Shown here: piece after piece, positions 30,873 to 40,034 of the stretch | How the letters are laid out: each line of letters starts with the position of its first letter | Position numbering within the stretch: position 1 is the stretch's first letter | Source: Candidatus Spongiisociaceae bacterium | GTDB taxonomy: Bacteria; Actinomycetota; Acidimicrobiia; Spongiisociales; Spongiisociaceae | Direction: 5' to 3' | Length of the DNA: 64,000 nt | Assembly: GCA_965202665.1 (NCBI GenBank) | Contig: OZ241841.1 | Coordinates: forward strand, 2,016,001 to 2,080,000 | Made by a program: the position numbers and the translations under genes | The notes under the pieces: generated by a model | The model's database searches: none | What the model was told of the DNA's origin: nothing | Seen by the model: the letters and a program-made list of their open reading frames with translations, nothing else

Positions 30873-32195
30873 ATGCTGAGCGTTTACCGTTACATGTTCC
30901 AGATCCCCGATTTGCGGGGAAAGATTTTCTTCACGCTGGCCATCTTCGCCATTTACCGGTTCGGGGCGGCGGTTCCGGTGCCGGGGGTGGAGCTGGATCG
31001 CCTGGAACTGCTGGCCGGTCAAACGCAGGGGGGCGCGTTGGGCCTGCTCAACCTGTTTTCCGGCAACGCGTTGGAGAACCTGTCGGTGTTCAGCCTGGGG
31101 GTTATTCCCTACATAACCGCCTCCATCATCATGCAGTTGCTGACGGTGGTCATCCCCAAACTGCAGAAATTGCAGGAGGAGGGGCAGTCGGGGCGGGAGG
31201 TGATCACCAAATGGACCCGGATCGTGACCGTGGTGCTGGCCCTGCTCCAGTCCACCGGCCTCACTTTCCTGTTCAGCCGGGAGACCAGTTTCACCGGCGG
31301 GGTGGTGGTCATCCCCGACTACACCCCCACCCGGGTGATGATCATGGTTATCACGATGACCGCCGGCACCGCCTTTGTGATGTGGCTGGGCGAGCTGATT
31401 ACGCAACGGGGGGTGGGCAACGGGATGTCGCTTTTGATTTTCATCAGCATCGTGGCCGCCCTCCCCAGCCAGTTTTCCCTTATCTGGCAGTACACGGTTC
31501 CCAACGGCCAGACGATTATTTTCGCGCTCATCCTGGTCCTGTTTTTGGCCATGACGGTGGGCATAATTTTCGTGGAGCAAGGGCAACGGCGAATACCCAT
31601 CCAGTTCGCCAAACGCATCCGGGGGCGGCGGGTGATGGGCGGCCAAAGCACCTACATTCCGCTCAAAATCAACATGGCGGGGGTGATCCCGGTGATCTTC
31701 GCCACCTCCATTCTGTTTTTCCCGGTCATCCTGTCCACCTCCCTGCCCGCCGCGGGCGGTTTCTTCGCCGGCATGCGCGATTTCGTAAACCGGCACCTGT
31801 CCCCGTCCGGCTTTGAAACCGGCGCCACCAGCTGGGCGTACATCGGGGTGCTCTTTTTCCTGATCGTGTTCTTCACCTACTTCTACACTTCCATCCAGTT
31901 TGATCCGGTGCGGCAGTCGGAGATGATCCAGCGCCAAGGCGGGTTCATTCCCGGCCAGCGCCCCGGCCAGCAGACCTCCCGCTACCTGTCCCGCATCCTG
32001 TACCGCATCACCCTGCCCGGCTCCATTTTCCTGGGGCTGATTTCGGTGTTGCCCGCCATCGCCTCCGCCATCTGGGAGATCCCGGTCGGGTTCTCCGGTG
32101 TGTCCATCCTGATCGTGGTGGGGGTGGCTTTGGAGACGATGAAGCAGATCGAAAGCCAGATCACGATGCGCAACTACGAGGGGTTCCTGACTTGA
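30873..32195 (+). CDS. secY: Preprotein translocase SecY
   Basis: PYITASIIMQLL, GNGMSLLIF, AGVIPVIFA, GGFIPGQRPG. Confidence 0.98.
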   Translation: MLSVYRYMFQIPDLRGKIFFTLAIFAIYRFGAAVPVPGVELDRLELLAGQTQGGALGLLNLFSGNALENLSVFSLGVIPYITASIIMQLLTVVIPKLQKLQEEGQSGREVITKWTRIVTVVLALLQSTGLTFLFSRETSFTGGVVVIPDYTPTRVMIMVITMTAGTAFVMWLGELITQRGVGNGMSLLIFISIVAALPSQFSLIWQYTVPNGQTIIFALILVLFLAMTVGIIFVEQGQRRIPIQFAKRIRGRRVMGGQSTYIPLKINMAGVIPVIFATSILFFPVILSTSLPAAGGFFAGMRDFVNRHLSPSGFETGATSWAYIGVLFFLIVFFTYFYTSIQFDPVRQSEMIQRQGGFIPGQRPGQQTSRYLSRILYRITLPGSIFLGLISVLPAIASAIWEIPVGFSGVSILIVVGVALETMKQIESQITMRNYEGFLT

Positions 32196-32206
32196 ACGTT
32201 CCCGGC

Positions 32207-32752
32207 ATGAGGTTGATCTTCCTGGGGGCCCCTGGGGCCGGCAAGGGCACCCAGGCGGAGCGCACCGCGGCCTCTTTGGGCGTCCCGCACATTTCCACCG
32301 GCGATATTTTCCGCCGGAACATGGCCGACGGCACACCGCTGGGCCGGCGGGTGCGGGAAATCGTGGAAGGGGGGGGCCTGGTCCCCGATGAGATCACCAC
32401 GCAACTGGTCGTCGACCGGCTCGCCCAGCCGGACGCCCTCTCCGGTTTCATCCTGGACGGATTCCCCCGCACCCTGGGCCAGGCCCGCGCTTTGGAGGAG
32501 GCGCTGGGCGATGAGGAGTTGCGGGCGGTGGTGGCTTTGGAGGTACCCTCCGATGAGTTGGTGCGGCGCATGCTGGCCCGGGGCCGGGCCGACGACTCCG
32601 AGGAGTCCATCCGCCGCCGCTTGCGGGTGTACGCCGAGGAGACGGAGCCGTTGATCGGCTTTTACCGGGACCGCGGTCTTTTGGTCGGAGTGTCGGGGAT
32701 GGGCGGGCTTGAGGAGATCGCCGACCGCATTTTGGCGGGCCTCGGCGTCTGA
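32207..32752 (+). CDS. adk: Adenylate kinase (short LID-less type)
   Basis: GAPGAGKGTQA, HISTGDIFR, LDGFPRT, RGRADD; start could be TTG 32192. Confidence 0.96.
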   Translation: MRLIFLGAPGAGKGTQAERTAASLGVPHISTGDIFRRNMADGTPLGRRVREIVEGGGLVPDEITTQLVVDRLAQPDALSGFILDGFPRTLGQARALEEALGDEELRAVVALEVPSDELVRRMLARGRADDSEESIRRRLRVYAEETEPLIGFYRDRGLLVGVSGMGGLEEIADRILAGLGV

Positions 32753-32782
32753 ATACGGGGCCGTCCGCAGGTCGTAAGTCCG

Positions 32783-33556
32783 ATGATCACCATCAAAAAC
32801 CGCTCCGAGTTCGCCAAGATGGCGGAGGCCGGGGCGTGCGTGGCGGCGGTGCATGAGGCGGTGGCGGAGGCGGCCGGGGCGGGAGTGTCCCTGGAATTCC
32901 TGGATCAGGTGGCGGCCAAAGTGATCCGCTCCCGCGGTTGCCGGCCTTCTTTTTTGGGCTACCGGGGTTTCCCCGCCAATATTTGCGCTTCTCCCAACCA
33001 GGTGGTGGTGCACGGCATCCCCAACGGTTATCGTTTGGCGGAGGGCGACGTGCTGTCCATCGACGCCGGGGCCGTCTACGAGGGCTATCACGGGGACGCG
33101 GCCATCACCATCGGCATCGGGGAGATCTCCCCGGAGGCGGAGCGACTGTTGGAATACACCCGGCGGGCCCTGTGGGCGGGGATCGATCAGACGGTGGCCG
33201 GGGCCCGCACCGGCGACATCGGGCATGCGGTGGAGATGGTGGGCGACGCCCAAGGTTACGGGGTGGTGCGCAACTACGTGGGGCACGGCATCGGGCGGGC
33301 CATGCACGAAAGCCCCCAGGTTCCCAACTACGGCCCCCCCGGCAAAGGAGTGCGCCTGAGAACCGGGATGGCCATCTGCATCGAACCGATGTTCAATCTG
33401 GGAACCGCGGAGACGGTTCTGCAGGAGGACGGCTGGACGGTGGTCACCGCCGACTCCCATATTTCCGCCCATTTTGAGCATACGGTGGCCTTGACCGAGG
33501 ACGGCCCGCAGGTGTTCACCGTCAGCGATTTGCTTTCCGCCCGCCCGAATGGCTAG
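32783..33556 (+). CDS. map: Methionine aminopeptidase type I
   Basis: VVHGIP, GYHGDAA, GHGIGRAMHE, IEPM, SAHFEHT. Confidence 0.97.
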   Translation: MITIKNRSEFAKMAEAGACVAAVHEAVAEAAGAGVSLEFLDQVAAKVIRSRGCRPSFLGYRGFPANICASPNQVVVHGIPNGYRLAEGDVLSIDAGAVYEGYHGDAAITIGIGEISPEAERLLEYTRRALWAGIDQTVAGARTGDIGHAVEMVGDAQGYGVVRNYVGHGIGRAMHESPQVPNYGPPGKGVRLRTGMAICIEPMFNLGTAETVLQEDGWTVVTADSHISAHFEHTVALTEDGPQVFTVSDLLSARPNG

Positions 33557-33703
33557 AATAATGATTCGGTCGCGGCGCCGGTCCCGGCGGGCCCGTTCGC
33601 GTCCGTTATGTTCGCGCAACCACAAGTTCCGCCTGGGCGGGAGCTTGTCCCGCCGCGGACAAAGTTAGCCGAAGACCAGCCGAACAACCCGGGAGACGGG
33701 GAA

Positions 33704-33817
33704 ATGAAAGTAAAGCCGTCCACCAAAAAAATGTGCGACAACTGCCGGATAATCCGCCGCCGGGGGCGGGTGTGGGTGGTGTGCTCCAATCCCCGTCACA
33801 AGCAACGACAAGGCTGA
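33704..33817 (+). CDS. rpmJ: 50S ribosomal protein L36 (Zn-binding type)
   Basis: [14 protein letters not shown]...[12 protein letters not shown]. Confidence 0.97.
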   Translation: MKVKPSTKKMCDNCRIIRRRGRVWVVCSNPRHKQRQG

Positions 33818-33867
33818 GCGCCGGGTTGCGCTAAGCGAATCTAGAAACAAAGGGCCCGAGAAACAAC

Positions 33868-34248
33868 ATGGCACGCATCGCAGGAGTCGACCTTCCCCGC
33901 GCCAAGCGGCTGGAGATCGGCCTGACCTACATTTACGGGATCGGAATTTCCACTTCCCGCCGCGTCTGTTCCGAGTTGCGCATCAACCCCGACACCAAAG
34001 TGCAGGAGCTGTCGGATGAGGAGGTGGCGGCCATCCGCTCCTACATCCAGGGCAACCTGCGGGTGGAAGGGGATCTGCGCCGCAACGTCAACCAGAACAT
34101 CAAGCGCAAAATGGAGATCGGCTGTTATCAGGGACTGCGCCACCGACGGGGTTTGCCGGTGCGCGGCCAGCGCACCCACACCAACGCCCGCACCCGCAAA
34201 GGACGGAGCATCGCCATCGCCGGCAAGAAGAAGGTGGTTAAGAAGTAA
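33868..34248 (+). CDS. rpsM: 30S ribosomal protein S13
   Basis: [28 protein letters not shown]. Confidence 0.98.
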   Translation: MARIAGVDLPRAKRLEIGLTYIYGIGISTSRRVCSELRINPDTKVQELSDEEVAAIRSYIQGNLRVEGDLRRNVNQNIKRKMEIGCYQGLRHRRGLPVRGQRTHTNARTRKGRSIAIAGKKKVVKK

Positions 34249-34637
34249 TGGCCGCCGCCCGCAAACGGACCCGTCGTCGGGAGCGCCGCAACCTCACGCG
34301 CGGTGCCGCCCACATCAAAGCCAGTTTCAACAACACCATCATCACCATCACCGACGTGAGCGGCAACACGGTGGCGTGGACTTCGGGCGGTTCGGTGGGT
34401 TTCAAAGGTTCCCGCAAGTCCACGCCCTACGCGGCCCAGGTGGCGGCCGAGGAAGCCACCCGCCGGGCCAACGAACACGGCATCCGCAAACTGGAGGTGA
34501 TCGTGAGCGGCACCGGGACCGGCAAGGACACCGCGGTGCGAACCATGCAGAACCTGGGGATGGAAGTGACGCAGGTGCGGGACGTGACGCCCGTTCCCCA
34601 CAACGGTTGCCGCCCCAAAAAGCGGCGCCGGGGCTAG
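34248..34637 (+). CDS. rpsK: 30S ribosomal protein S11
   Basis: [28 protein letters not shown]. Confidence 0.98.
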   Translation: MAAARKRTRRRERRNLTRGAAHIKASFNNTIITITDVSGNTVAWTSGGSVGFKGSRKSTPYAAQVAAEEATRRANEHGIRKLEVIVSGTGTGKDTAVRTMQNLGMEVTQVRDVTPVPHNGCRPKKRRRG

Positions 34638-34647
34638 GAGGCGGCAG

Positions 34648-35256
34648 ATGGCCCGTTACACCGGACCCCGCACCCGCCGCAGCCGGCGCGTCGGCCAGTT
34701 GCTCGATGACAACAAGGCCAAGTACTACGACCGCCGCCCCTACCCGCCGGGGGAGCACGGCCGGCGCCGCATTCGGGAAACCGACTATCTGATCCAGATG
34801 CGGGAGAAGCAAAAGATGCGCCAGATCTACGGGGTGCTGGAGAAGCAGTTTCGCCGCTACTACCGGGAGGCGGCCCGCAGCAAGGGCATCACCGGCGACA
34901 CCCTGCTTCAGTTTTTGGAATGCCGGCTGGACAACGTGGTCTACCGGGCCGGGTTCGCCCGCACCCGCCCCCAGGCCCGGCAGATGGTCAACCACGGCCA
35001 TTTCCGGGTGAACGACCGCAAAGTGGACATCCCCTCCTACCGGGTGCGGGCGGGGGATGTGGTGACGGTCAAAGACCGTTCCCGCGACTCCATCGTCATC
35101 CGACAGGCTTTGGACACGTTGGGCGAACGTATCACTCCGGGTTGGCTGGAGGTCCAACCCGATGACCGCCAAATCACGGTGTCGCAGATACCCAACCGTT
35201 CTCAGATCGACACCGAAGTCCAGGAGCAACTGGTGGTGGAGTTGTACTCCAAGTAG
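34648..35256 (+). CDS. rpsD: 30S ribosomal protein S4
   Basis: MARYTGP, LECRLDNVVYR, LVVELYSK. Confidence 0.98.
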   Translation: MARYTGPRTRRSRRVGQLLDDNKAKYYDRRPYPPGEHGRRRIRETDYLIQMREKQKMRQIYGVLEKQFRRYYREAARSKGITGDTLLQFLECRLDNVVYRAGFARTRPQARQMVNHGHFRVNDRKVDIPSYRVRAGDVVTVKDRSRDSIVIRQALDTLGERITPGWLEVQPDDRQITVSQIPNRSQIDTEVQEQLVVELYSK

Positions 35257-35336
35257 CGCCGGCGCACGGGCGGGTCCCAAGCCGCCGGGCGGGGGAAGTT
35301 TGACAAATAAGCCAAGCAGGAGAGGCTGTAACACAA

Positions 35337-36299
35337 GTGCAAGCTTTGATAGTTCAACGTCCTGAAATTCAGTTCCGGTCGGTAACCCCGACGCGGGCGC
35401 AGTTCGTAGTGGAGCCGTTGGAGCCCGGGTTCGGGCACACTTTGGGCAACACGATGCGGCGCACTTTGCTGTCCCGTATTCCGGGGGCGGCGGTTTCCAG
35501 CGTCCGCATCGAGAAGGCCCCTCACGAGTTCACCACCGTTCCCGGGGTGGAGGAGGACGTGGTGGACATCGTGCTCAACATCAAAGGATTGATAGTGCGC
35601 ATGCTGGACCCGGAGCCGCAGGTGCTTACCTTGTCGGTGAAGGGCCCGGGCCGGGCCACCGCCGCCGACTTGAAAATTCCCAGCGGGGTGGAGGTGGTCA
35701 ACCCCGACCTGCACATAGCCGCTTTGTCGGAGGGGGGCGTGTTGCAGATGGAACTGACCGTGGAGCAGGGGGTGGGATACCGGAGCGCCGAGAAAAACAA
35801 GCATTCCGATGTGATAGGGGTCATACCGGTGGATTCCATTTTTTCCCCGGTGCGGCATGTGGCTTTCCGGGTGGAACCCACCCAGGTGGGGCAGATGACC
35901 AACTTCGACCAGTTGGTGGTGGATGTGGAAACTGATGGTTCCATCGCCCCCCAGGAGGCGGTTTCCTCGGCGGGGAAGACCTTGCGGGAGTTGCTGGGCC
36001 TGTTCGCCGACGCCGGGGAGGGGATCGGTTTGGAGTTGGGCGACGTCCCGATAGCCGATGCGGTCGCCTCCGACTTGGATTTGGAAATCGACGTGCTGGA
36101 CCTGTCGGAGCGCCCCCGCAACTGCCTGCGCCGGGCCCACATCAACACGGTGGGCGATTTGGTGCGCTCCACCGAGAAGGATCTGCTGGCCATCACCAAC
36201 TTCGGTCATAAGAGCCTGGAGGAGGTGATAGCCAAGTTGGACAGCCTCGGTTTGAGCATCGCCGCCCCCGAAGATGAGGAGGAGGAGGTTTCGGACTGA
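35337..36299 (+). CDS. rpoA: RNA polymerase alpha subunit
   Basis: [30 protein letters not shown] and NFGHKSL; GTG start. Confidence 0.97.
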   Translation: MQALIVQRPEIQFRSVTPTRAQFVVEPLEPGFGHTLGNTMRRTLLSRIPGAAVSSVRIEKAPHEFTTVPGVEEDVVDIVLNIKGLIVRMLDPEPQVLTLSVKGPGRATAADLKIPSGVEVVNPDLHIAALSEGGVLQMELTVEQGVGYRSAEKNKHSDVIGVIPVDSIFSPVRHVAFRVEPTQVGQMTNFDQLVVDVETDGSIAPQEAVSSAGKTLRELLGLFADAGEGIGLELGDVPIADAVASDLDLEIDVLDLSERPRNCLRRAHINTVGDLVRSTEKDLLAITNFGHKSLEEVIAKLDSLGLSIAAPEDEEEEVSD

Positions 36300-36649
36300 T
36301 GCCCCGTCCCCGCAAAGGCCGCCGCCTGGGGGGAGGCCCCGCCCATCAGAAGGCCATCCTGTCCAATTTGGCCCAGTCGCTGATTTGGGACGGGCGGATC
36401 ACCACCACCCTCACCAAGGCCAAAGTGTTGCGCCCCTACGTGGAGAAGGTGATCACCAAAGCCCGCAAAGGCGGTTTGCATAACAGGCGCTTGGTGCTGG
36501 CCGACCTGCCCGACTTGGAGGTGGTCACCAAACTGTTCGACGAGGTGGGCCCACGCTACCGGGGGAGGCCGGGCGGTTACACCCGCATCGTCAAAATCGG
36601 CCCCCGCCGGGGCGACAACGCCGAGATGGCCGTAATAGAACTAGTCTGA
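36299..36649 (+). CDS. rplQ: 50S ribosomal protein L17
   Basis: [23 protein letters not shown]. Confidence 0.97.
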   Translation: MPRPRKGRRLGGGPAHQKAILSNLAQSLIWDGRITTTLTKAKVLRPYVEKVITKARKGGLHNRRLVLADLPDLEVVTKLFDEVGPRYRGRPGGYTRIVKIGPRRGDNAEMAVIELV

Positions 36650-36738
36650 CCCCCGGCGCCGTCCTTCGCATTCTATTAACGCAACAGGATGATACGATAG
36701 GCGGCAACGGACGACGCATAATGACAGAGGCGGGGTAA

Positions 36739-37233
36739 GTGTTTAGCCAGTTGGTTCGGGCGGGCCGTCTGGACCGGAGCTTTTTCACATCGCTGGTGTT
36801 CGAGGAGCGGGCGGTGGGCAACGCAGTGGCCATTATGGCCGGGCTGGGAATAATTATGTTCGCCCGCCTTTCGGTGTTTTCCATCGTTTACGCCGCCTTG
36901 TACGGGATGTTGCGGGGCCTCATTTCGGCTGGTTTTTTATGGGTGGCGGCCGCTCTGGTTTTCAGACGGTCGGGCCGGTTTCTGACCACCTTCCGTCTGG
37001 CCGGGTTCGCCCACGTCGGGTTCGCCCCGGCGGTGGTGGTTTCGTTCGTACCGGGGTCCGTTCCGGGGGCGGTGTGGCTGTCCCTGGCGGCCCTGCTGGT
37101 TTCTTTGGCCTGGTACGGGGCGGCGATGAGCGTGGCCGCCGAGGCCCAGTTCGACCTGATCGGCGGTCGGGCCTGGCTGTGCGGGGCGGCGGCCGCAGTC
37201 GGATGGCTGATAGCCCGGCAGCTCGGCATATAA
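36739..37233 (+). CDS. Hypothetical multi-pass membrane protein (possibly Yip1-like)
   Basis: About 5 hydrophobic segments; fills the rplQ-truA gap; family assignment is a guess. Confidence 0.7.
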   Translation: MFSQLVRAGRLDRSFFTSLVFEERAVGNAVAIMAGLGIIMFARLSVFSIVYAALYGMLRGLISAGFLWVAAALVFRRSGRFLTTFRLAGFAHVGFAPAVVVSFVPGSVPGAVWLSLAALLVSLAWYGAAMSVAAEAQFDLIGGRAWLCGAAAAVGWLIARQLGI

Positions 37234-37240
37234 GTTTCTC

Positions 37241-38002
37241 ATGGCCGATCCGCCCATTGTTTTCCGACTGGATTTGTCGTACGACGGGGAGGGTTTTCAC
37301 GGTTACGCCCGCCAGCCGGACCTGCGCACCGTGCAGGGCGAGTTGGAGCAGGCCTTAGCCCGCGTTCTGGGCGGAATAGGTTTCGAGACCGAGGCGGCGG
37401 GGCGCACCGATGCCGGGGTGCACGCCCGTCAGCAGGTGGTGGGAGTGGTGTTGGAGGCGGGTGCTGGGGATCCGCCCGCCGCGGGCCGCCTGGCCGGGTC
37501 GCTGAGCAAGATACTGGCTCCGGAGATTGCCGTGTTCCGGGCGGTGCGGGCCCCCGCCGGATTTTCGGCCCGCTTCGACGCGGTGCGCCGCACCTACCGC
37601 TACCGCATCCTGAACCGGGAGTTCCCCGACCCGCTCCGCCGCCGTATCGCGTGGCATGTCAAACACCCGTTGGATGTGGAGGGAATGAACCGGGCGGTGG
37701 GGCATCTGCGGGGCGAGCACGACTTCGCCTCCTTCTGCCGCCGGGCGGAGGGCCGTTCCACCGTGCGCACGGTGGAGAGGGCGGTGTGGAGTTCCCGCCC
37801 CGACGACATGCTCCGTTTCGAGATTTCCGCCTCCGCTTTCTGCCATCAGATGGTGCGTTCCATCACCGCCTGGTCGGTGGAGGTAGGCCGCGGCCGCCGC
37901 TCCCCGGAGGAAACCCCGTCCGTCCTAGCGGCCCAAGACCGGGCCGCCGCCGCCGGAGCCGCCCCGCCCCACGGCCTAACCCTCTGGCAAGTGGACTACT
38001 GA
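37241..38002 (+). CDS. truA: tRNA pseudouridine(38-40) synthase
   Basis: YDGEGFHG, AGRTDAGVHA, FCHQMVR, APPHGLTL. Confidence 0.96.
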   Translation: MADPPIVFRLDLSYDGEGFHGYARQPDLRTVQGELEQALARVLGGIGFETEAAGRTDAGVHARQQVVGVVLEAGAGDPPAAGRLAGSLSKILAPEIAVFRAVRAPAGFSARFDAVRRTYRYRILNREFPDPLRRRIAWHVKHPLDVEGMNRAVGHLRGEHDFASFCRRAEGRSTVRTVERAVWSSRPDDMLRFEISASAFCHQMVRSITAWSVEVGRGRRSPEETPSVLAAQDRAAAAGAAPPHGLTLWQVDY

Positions 38003-38041
38003 GTTCATATACGCACTGTATTCGGCTAAGCGTTGGCTTAA

Positions 38042-40024
38042 TCAAGGGTTGAGGACTGCTAGGAGTTGGTTGGCTTCTACTTGGTCGCCGGGGGTTATGT
38101 TGACCGAGGCCACCACCCCGGAGCGGGGGGCGGAGATGGTGTGTTCCATTTTCATCGCCTCCAGCACCACCAGCGGTTCTCCGGCTTCCACCTGTTGGCC
38201 GGCCGTCGCTTCCACCCGCAGGATTTTGCCGGGCATCGGAGAATGCAACGACCCGGTTTCGGCCTCCGCTTCCGCCACCGGCAGGCGGGGAAGCAGGGTC
38301 AAAGTCGCATCCGCTACGGCGGTATCCACGAACCGGCGGTCGCCCGCCCGGGCTACCTGAAAAATGCGGTCCACTCCCCGCCAACGCAGGCGCACCCGGT
38401 CGGGGGCGGCCTCCAACAGCTCCGCTTGCGGACGGGCCTCCCCGTCTATTTCCACCGTCGCCCCGTCCTCCCTCATCCGGTAGCCCACTTTTATTTCCCG
38501 CTCCCCGAACCGGTACCGGTCGTAGATCAACTGGGAGGGGTTGTTGCGGTAGCCGGAGGGGACGGCGGCCAGTACCTTGGCCTGCGCCCTCCGCTCCGCT
38601 TGGCCCGCTAAAGAAGCCGCCGCGGCCATCGCCTCCAAATCCTCCCCTTCGGCCAGCGGCGCCCCCAGCCGGGCCGCGTCCTGGCGGTCCAGCCAGCCGG
38701 TGTCCGCCCGTCCCGCCGCAAAATCCTCGTGTTCCAAGATGCGCGCCAACAGTTCCCGGTTGGTGATCAGGCCGTGGATGCGGGCCGCCCGCAAGCCCGA
38801 TGCCAACTTGCGGGCCGCCCCCGCCCGATCCTCCGCCCAAGAAATCGCTTTGGCCACCAGCGGATCGTAGAAAACGGAGATCTGCGAACCCGACTCCGGT
38901 CCGGCGTCCACCCGCAGGCCCTCCGGAAACTCCAGACGATGCAGGGTTCCGGTCTGGGGCAGGAAACCCCGGGCCGGGTCCTCGGCGTACAACCGGGCTT
39001 CGATGGCGTGCCCCCGCATCCCCCGCCGCCGCGCCGACTCCAACACCGGGGACAGGTCGGCCCCCTCCGCCGACCGGATCTGCAGCTCAACCAAGTCCAG
39101 GCCGGTCACCGCCTCGGTCACCGGATGCTCCACCTGCAGGCGGGCGTTCATTTCCAAAAACCAGAACGACCCGTCCTCTTCAACCAGGAACTCCGCCGTT
39201 CCCGCCCCCTCGTAGGACGCCGCCCGGGCCAGCGCAACCGCCGCCGCCCCCAGCCGTTCCCGCAGGTCGTCGTTCACCGCCGGGGAAGGGGCTTCTTCTA
39301 TCACCTTCTGATAACGCCGTTGCACCGAACATTCCCGTTCAAACAGGAAACCGACGTTCCCGCGCCGGTCGGCCATCACCTGCACCTCGATGTGGCGGGG
39401 CCGCTCCAGGAACCGCTCCAGCAGAAGCGCCCCGTCCCCGAAAGCCGAAACCGCTTCCCGGCCCGCCGCCCGCGTCGCCTCCTCCAGTTCCCCCGCCTCC
39501 CGCACGATGCGCATGCCTTTCCCGCCGCCCCCCGCCGAAGCTTTCACCAGCAACGGAAACCCGACCTCCTCCGCCGCCTCCCGCAGGCCGGTCCCGTCCG
39601 CCGCCGCCCTCGCCGCCAGAACCGGAACCCCCGCCCCGGCCGCGATGGCCTTCGCCTCCGCCTTGGAACCCATCGCCCGCATCGCTTCCGTCGGGGGTCC
39701 GATGAAAATCAGCCCCGCTTCCCGGCAGGCGGCGGCGAAGTCGGCGTTTTCCGCCAGGAACCCGTATCCGGGATGGACGGCGTCCGCCCCCGCCGCCCGC
39801 GCCGCCGCCACCGTCTTGCTGATGTCCAAGTAGGAGGCGGAAGGTTCCGAACCCCCCAGATGAACCGCCGCCGACGCCTCCCGCGCGAACGGCTCATCCG
39901 CGTCCGCATCCGAATAGACGGCCGCCGCGTCTATTCCCAGGCGGCGGCAGGTGCGGAACACCCGGCGGGCGATCTCCCCCCGGTTGGCGACCAGTATTCG
40001 GCGTATCGTTGCCTTCCCGTTCAT
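38042..40024 (-). CDS. Acyl-CoA carboxylase alpha subunit (biotin carboxylase plus biotin carrier; MCC/geranyl-CoA carboxylase-like)
   Basis: ILVANRGEIA, HPGYGFLAEN, GGGGKGMR, EMNARLQVEHPVTE and biotin motif EAMKME; ATG at 40024. Confidence 0.93.
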   Translation of the reverse strand: MNGKATIRRILVANRGEIARRVFRTCRRLGIDAAAVYSDADADEPFAREASAAVHLGGSEPSASYLDISKTVAAARAAGADAVHPGYGFLAENADFAAACREAGLIFIGPPTEAMRAMGSKAEAKAIAAGAGVPVLAARAAADGTGLREAAEEVGFPLLVKASAGGGGKGMRIVREAGELEEATRAAGREAVSAFGDGALLLERFLERPRHIEVQVMADRRGNVGFLFERECSVQRRYQKVIEEAPSPAVNDDLRERLGAAAVALARAASYEGAGTAEFLVEEDGSFWFLEMNARLQVEHPVTEAVTGLDLVELQIRSAEGADLSPVLESARRRGMRGHAIEARLYAEDPARGFLPQTGTLHRLEFPEGLRVDAGPESGSQISVFYDPLVAKAISWAEDRAGAARKLASGLRAARIHGLITNRELLARILEHEDFAAGRADTGWLDRQDAARLGAPLAEGEDLEAMAAAASLAGQAERRAQAKVLAAVPSGYRNNPSQLIYDRYRFGEREIKVGYRMREDGATVEIDGEARPQAELLEAAPDRVRLRWRGVDRIFQVARAGDRRFVDTAVADATLTLLPRLPVAEAEAETGSLHSPMPGKILRVEATAGQQVEAGEPLVVLEAMKMEHTISAPRSGVVASVNITPGDQVEANQLLAVLNP

Positions 40025-40034
40025 GCCGCTCCCC

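Noticed and set aside
13900-34700. General zinc-sparing programme (RpoC site, S14, S4)
   Set aside because: Not consistent: L36, L24 and the RpoC N-terminal finger keep their Cys ligands, so the cases are reported separately.
35300-35336. TTGACA upstream of rpoA as an internal promoter
   Set aside because: No convincing -10 at 16-18 bp spacing.
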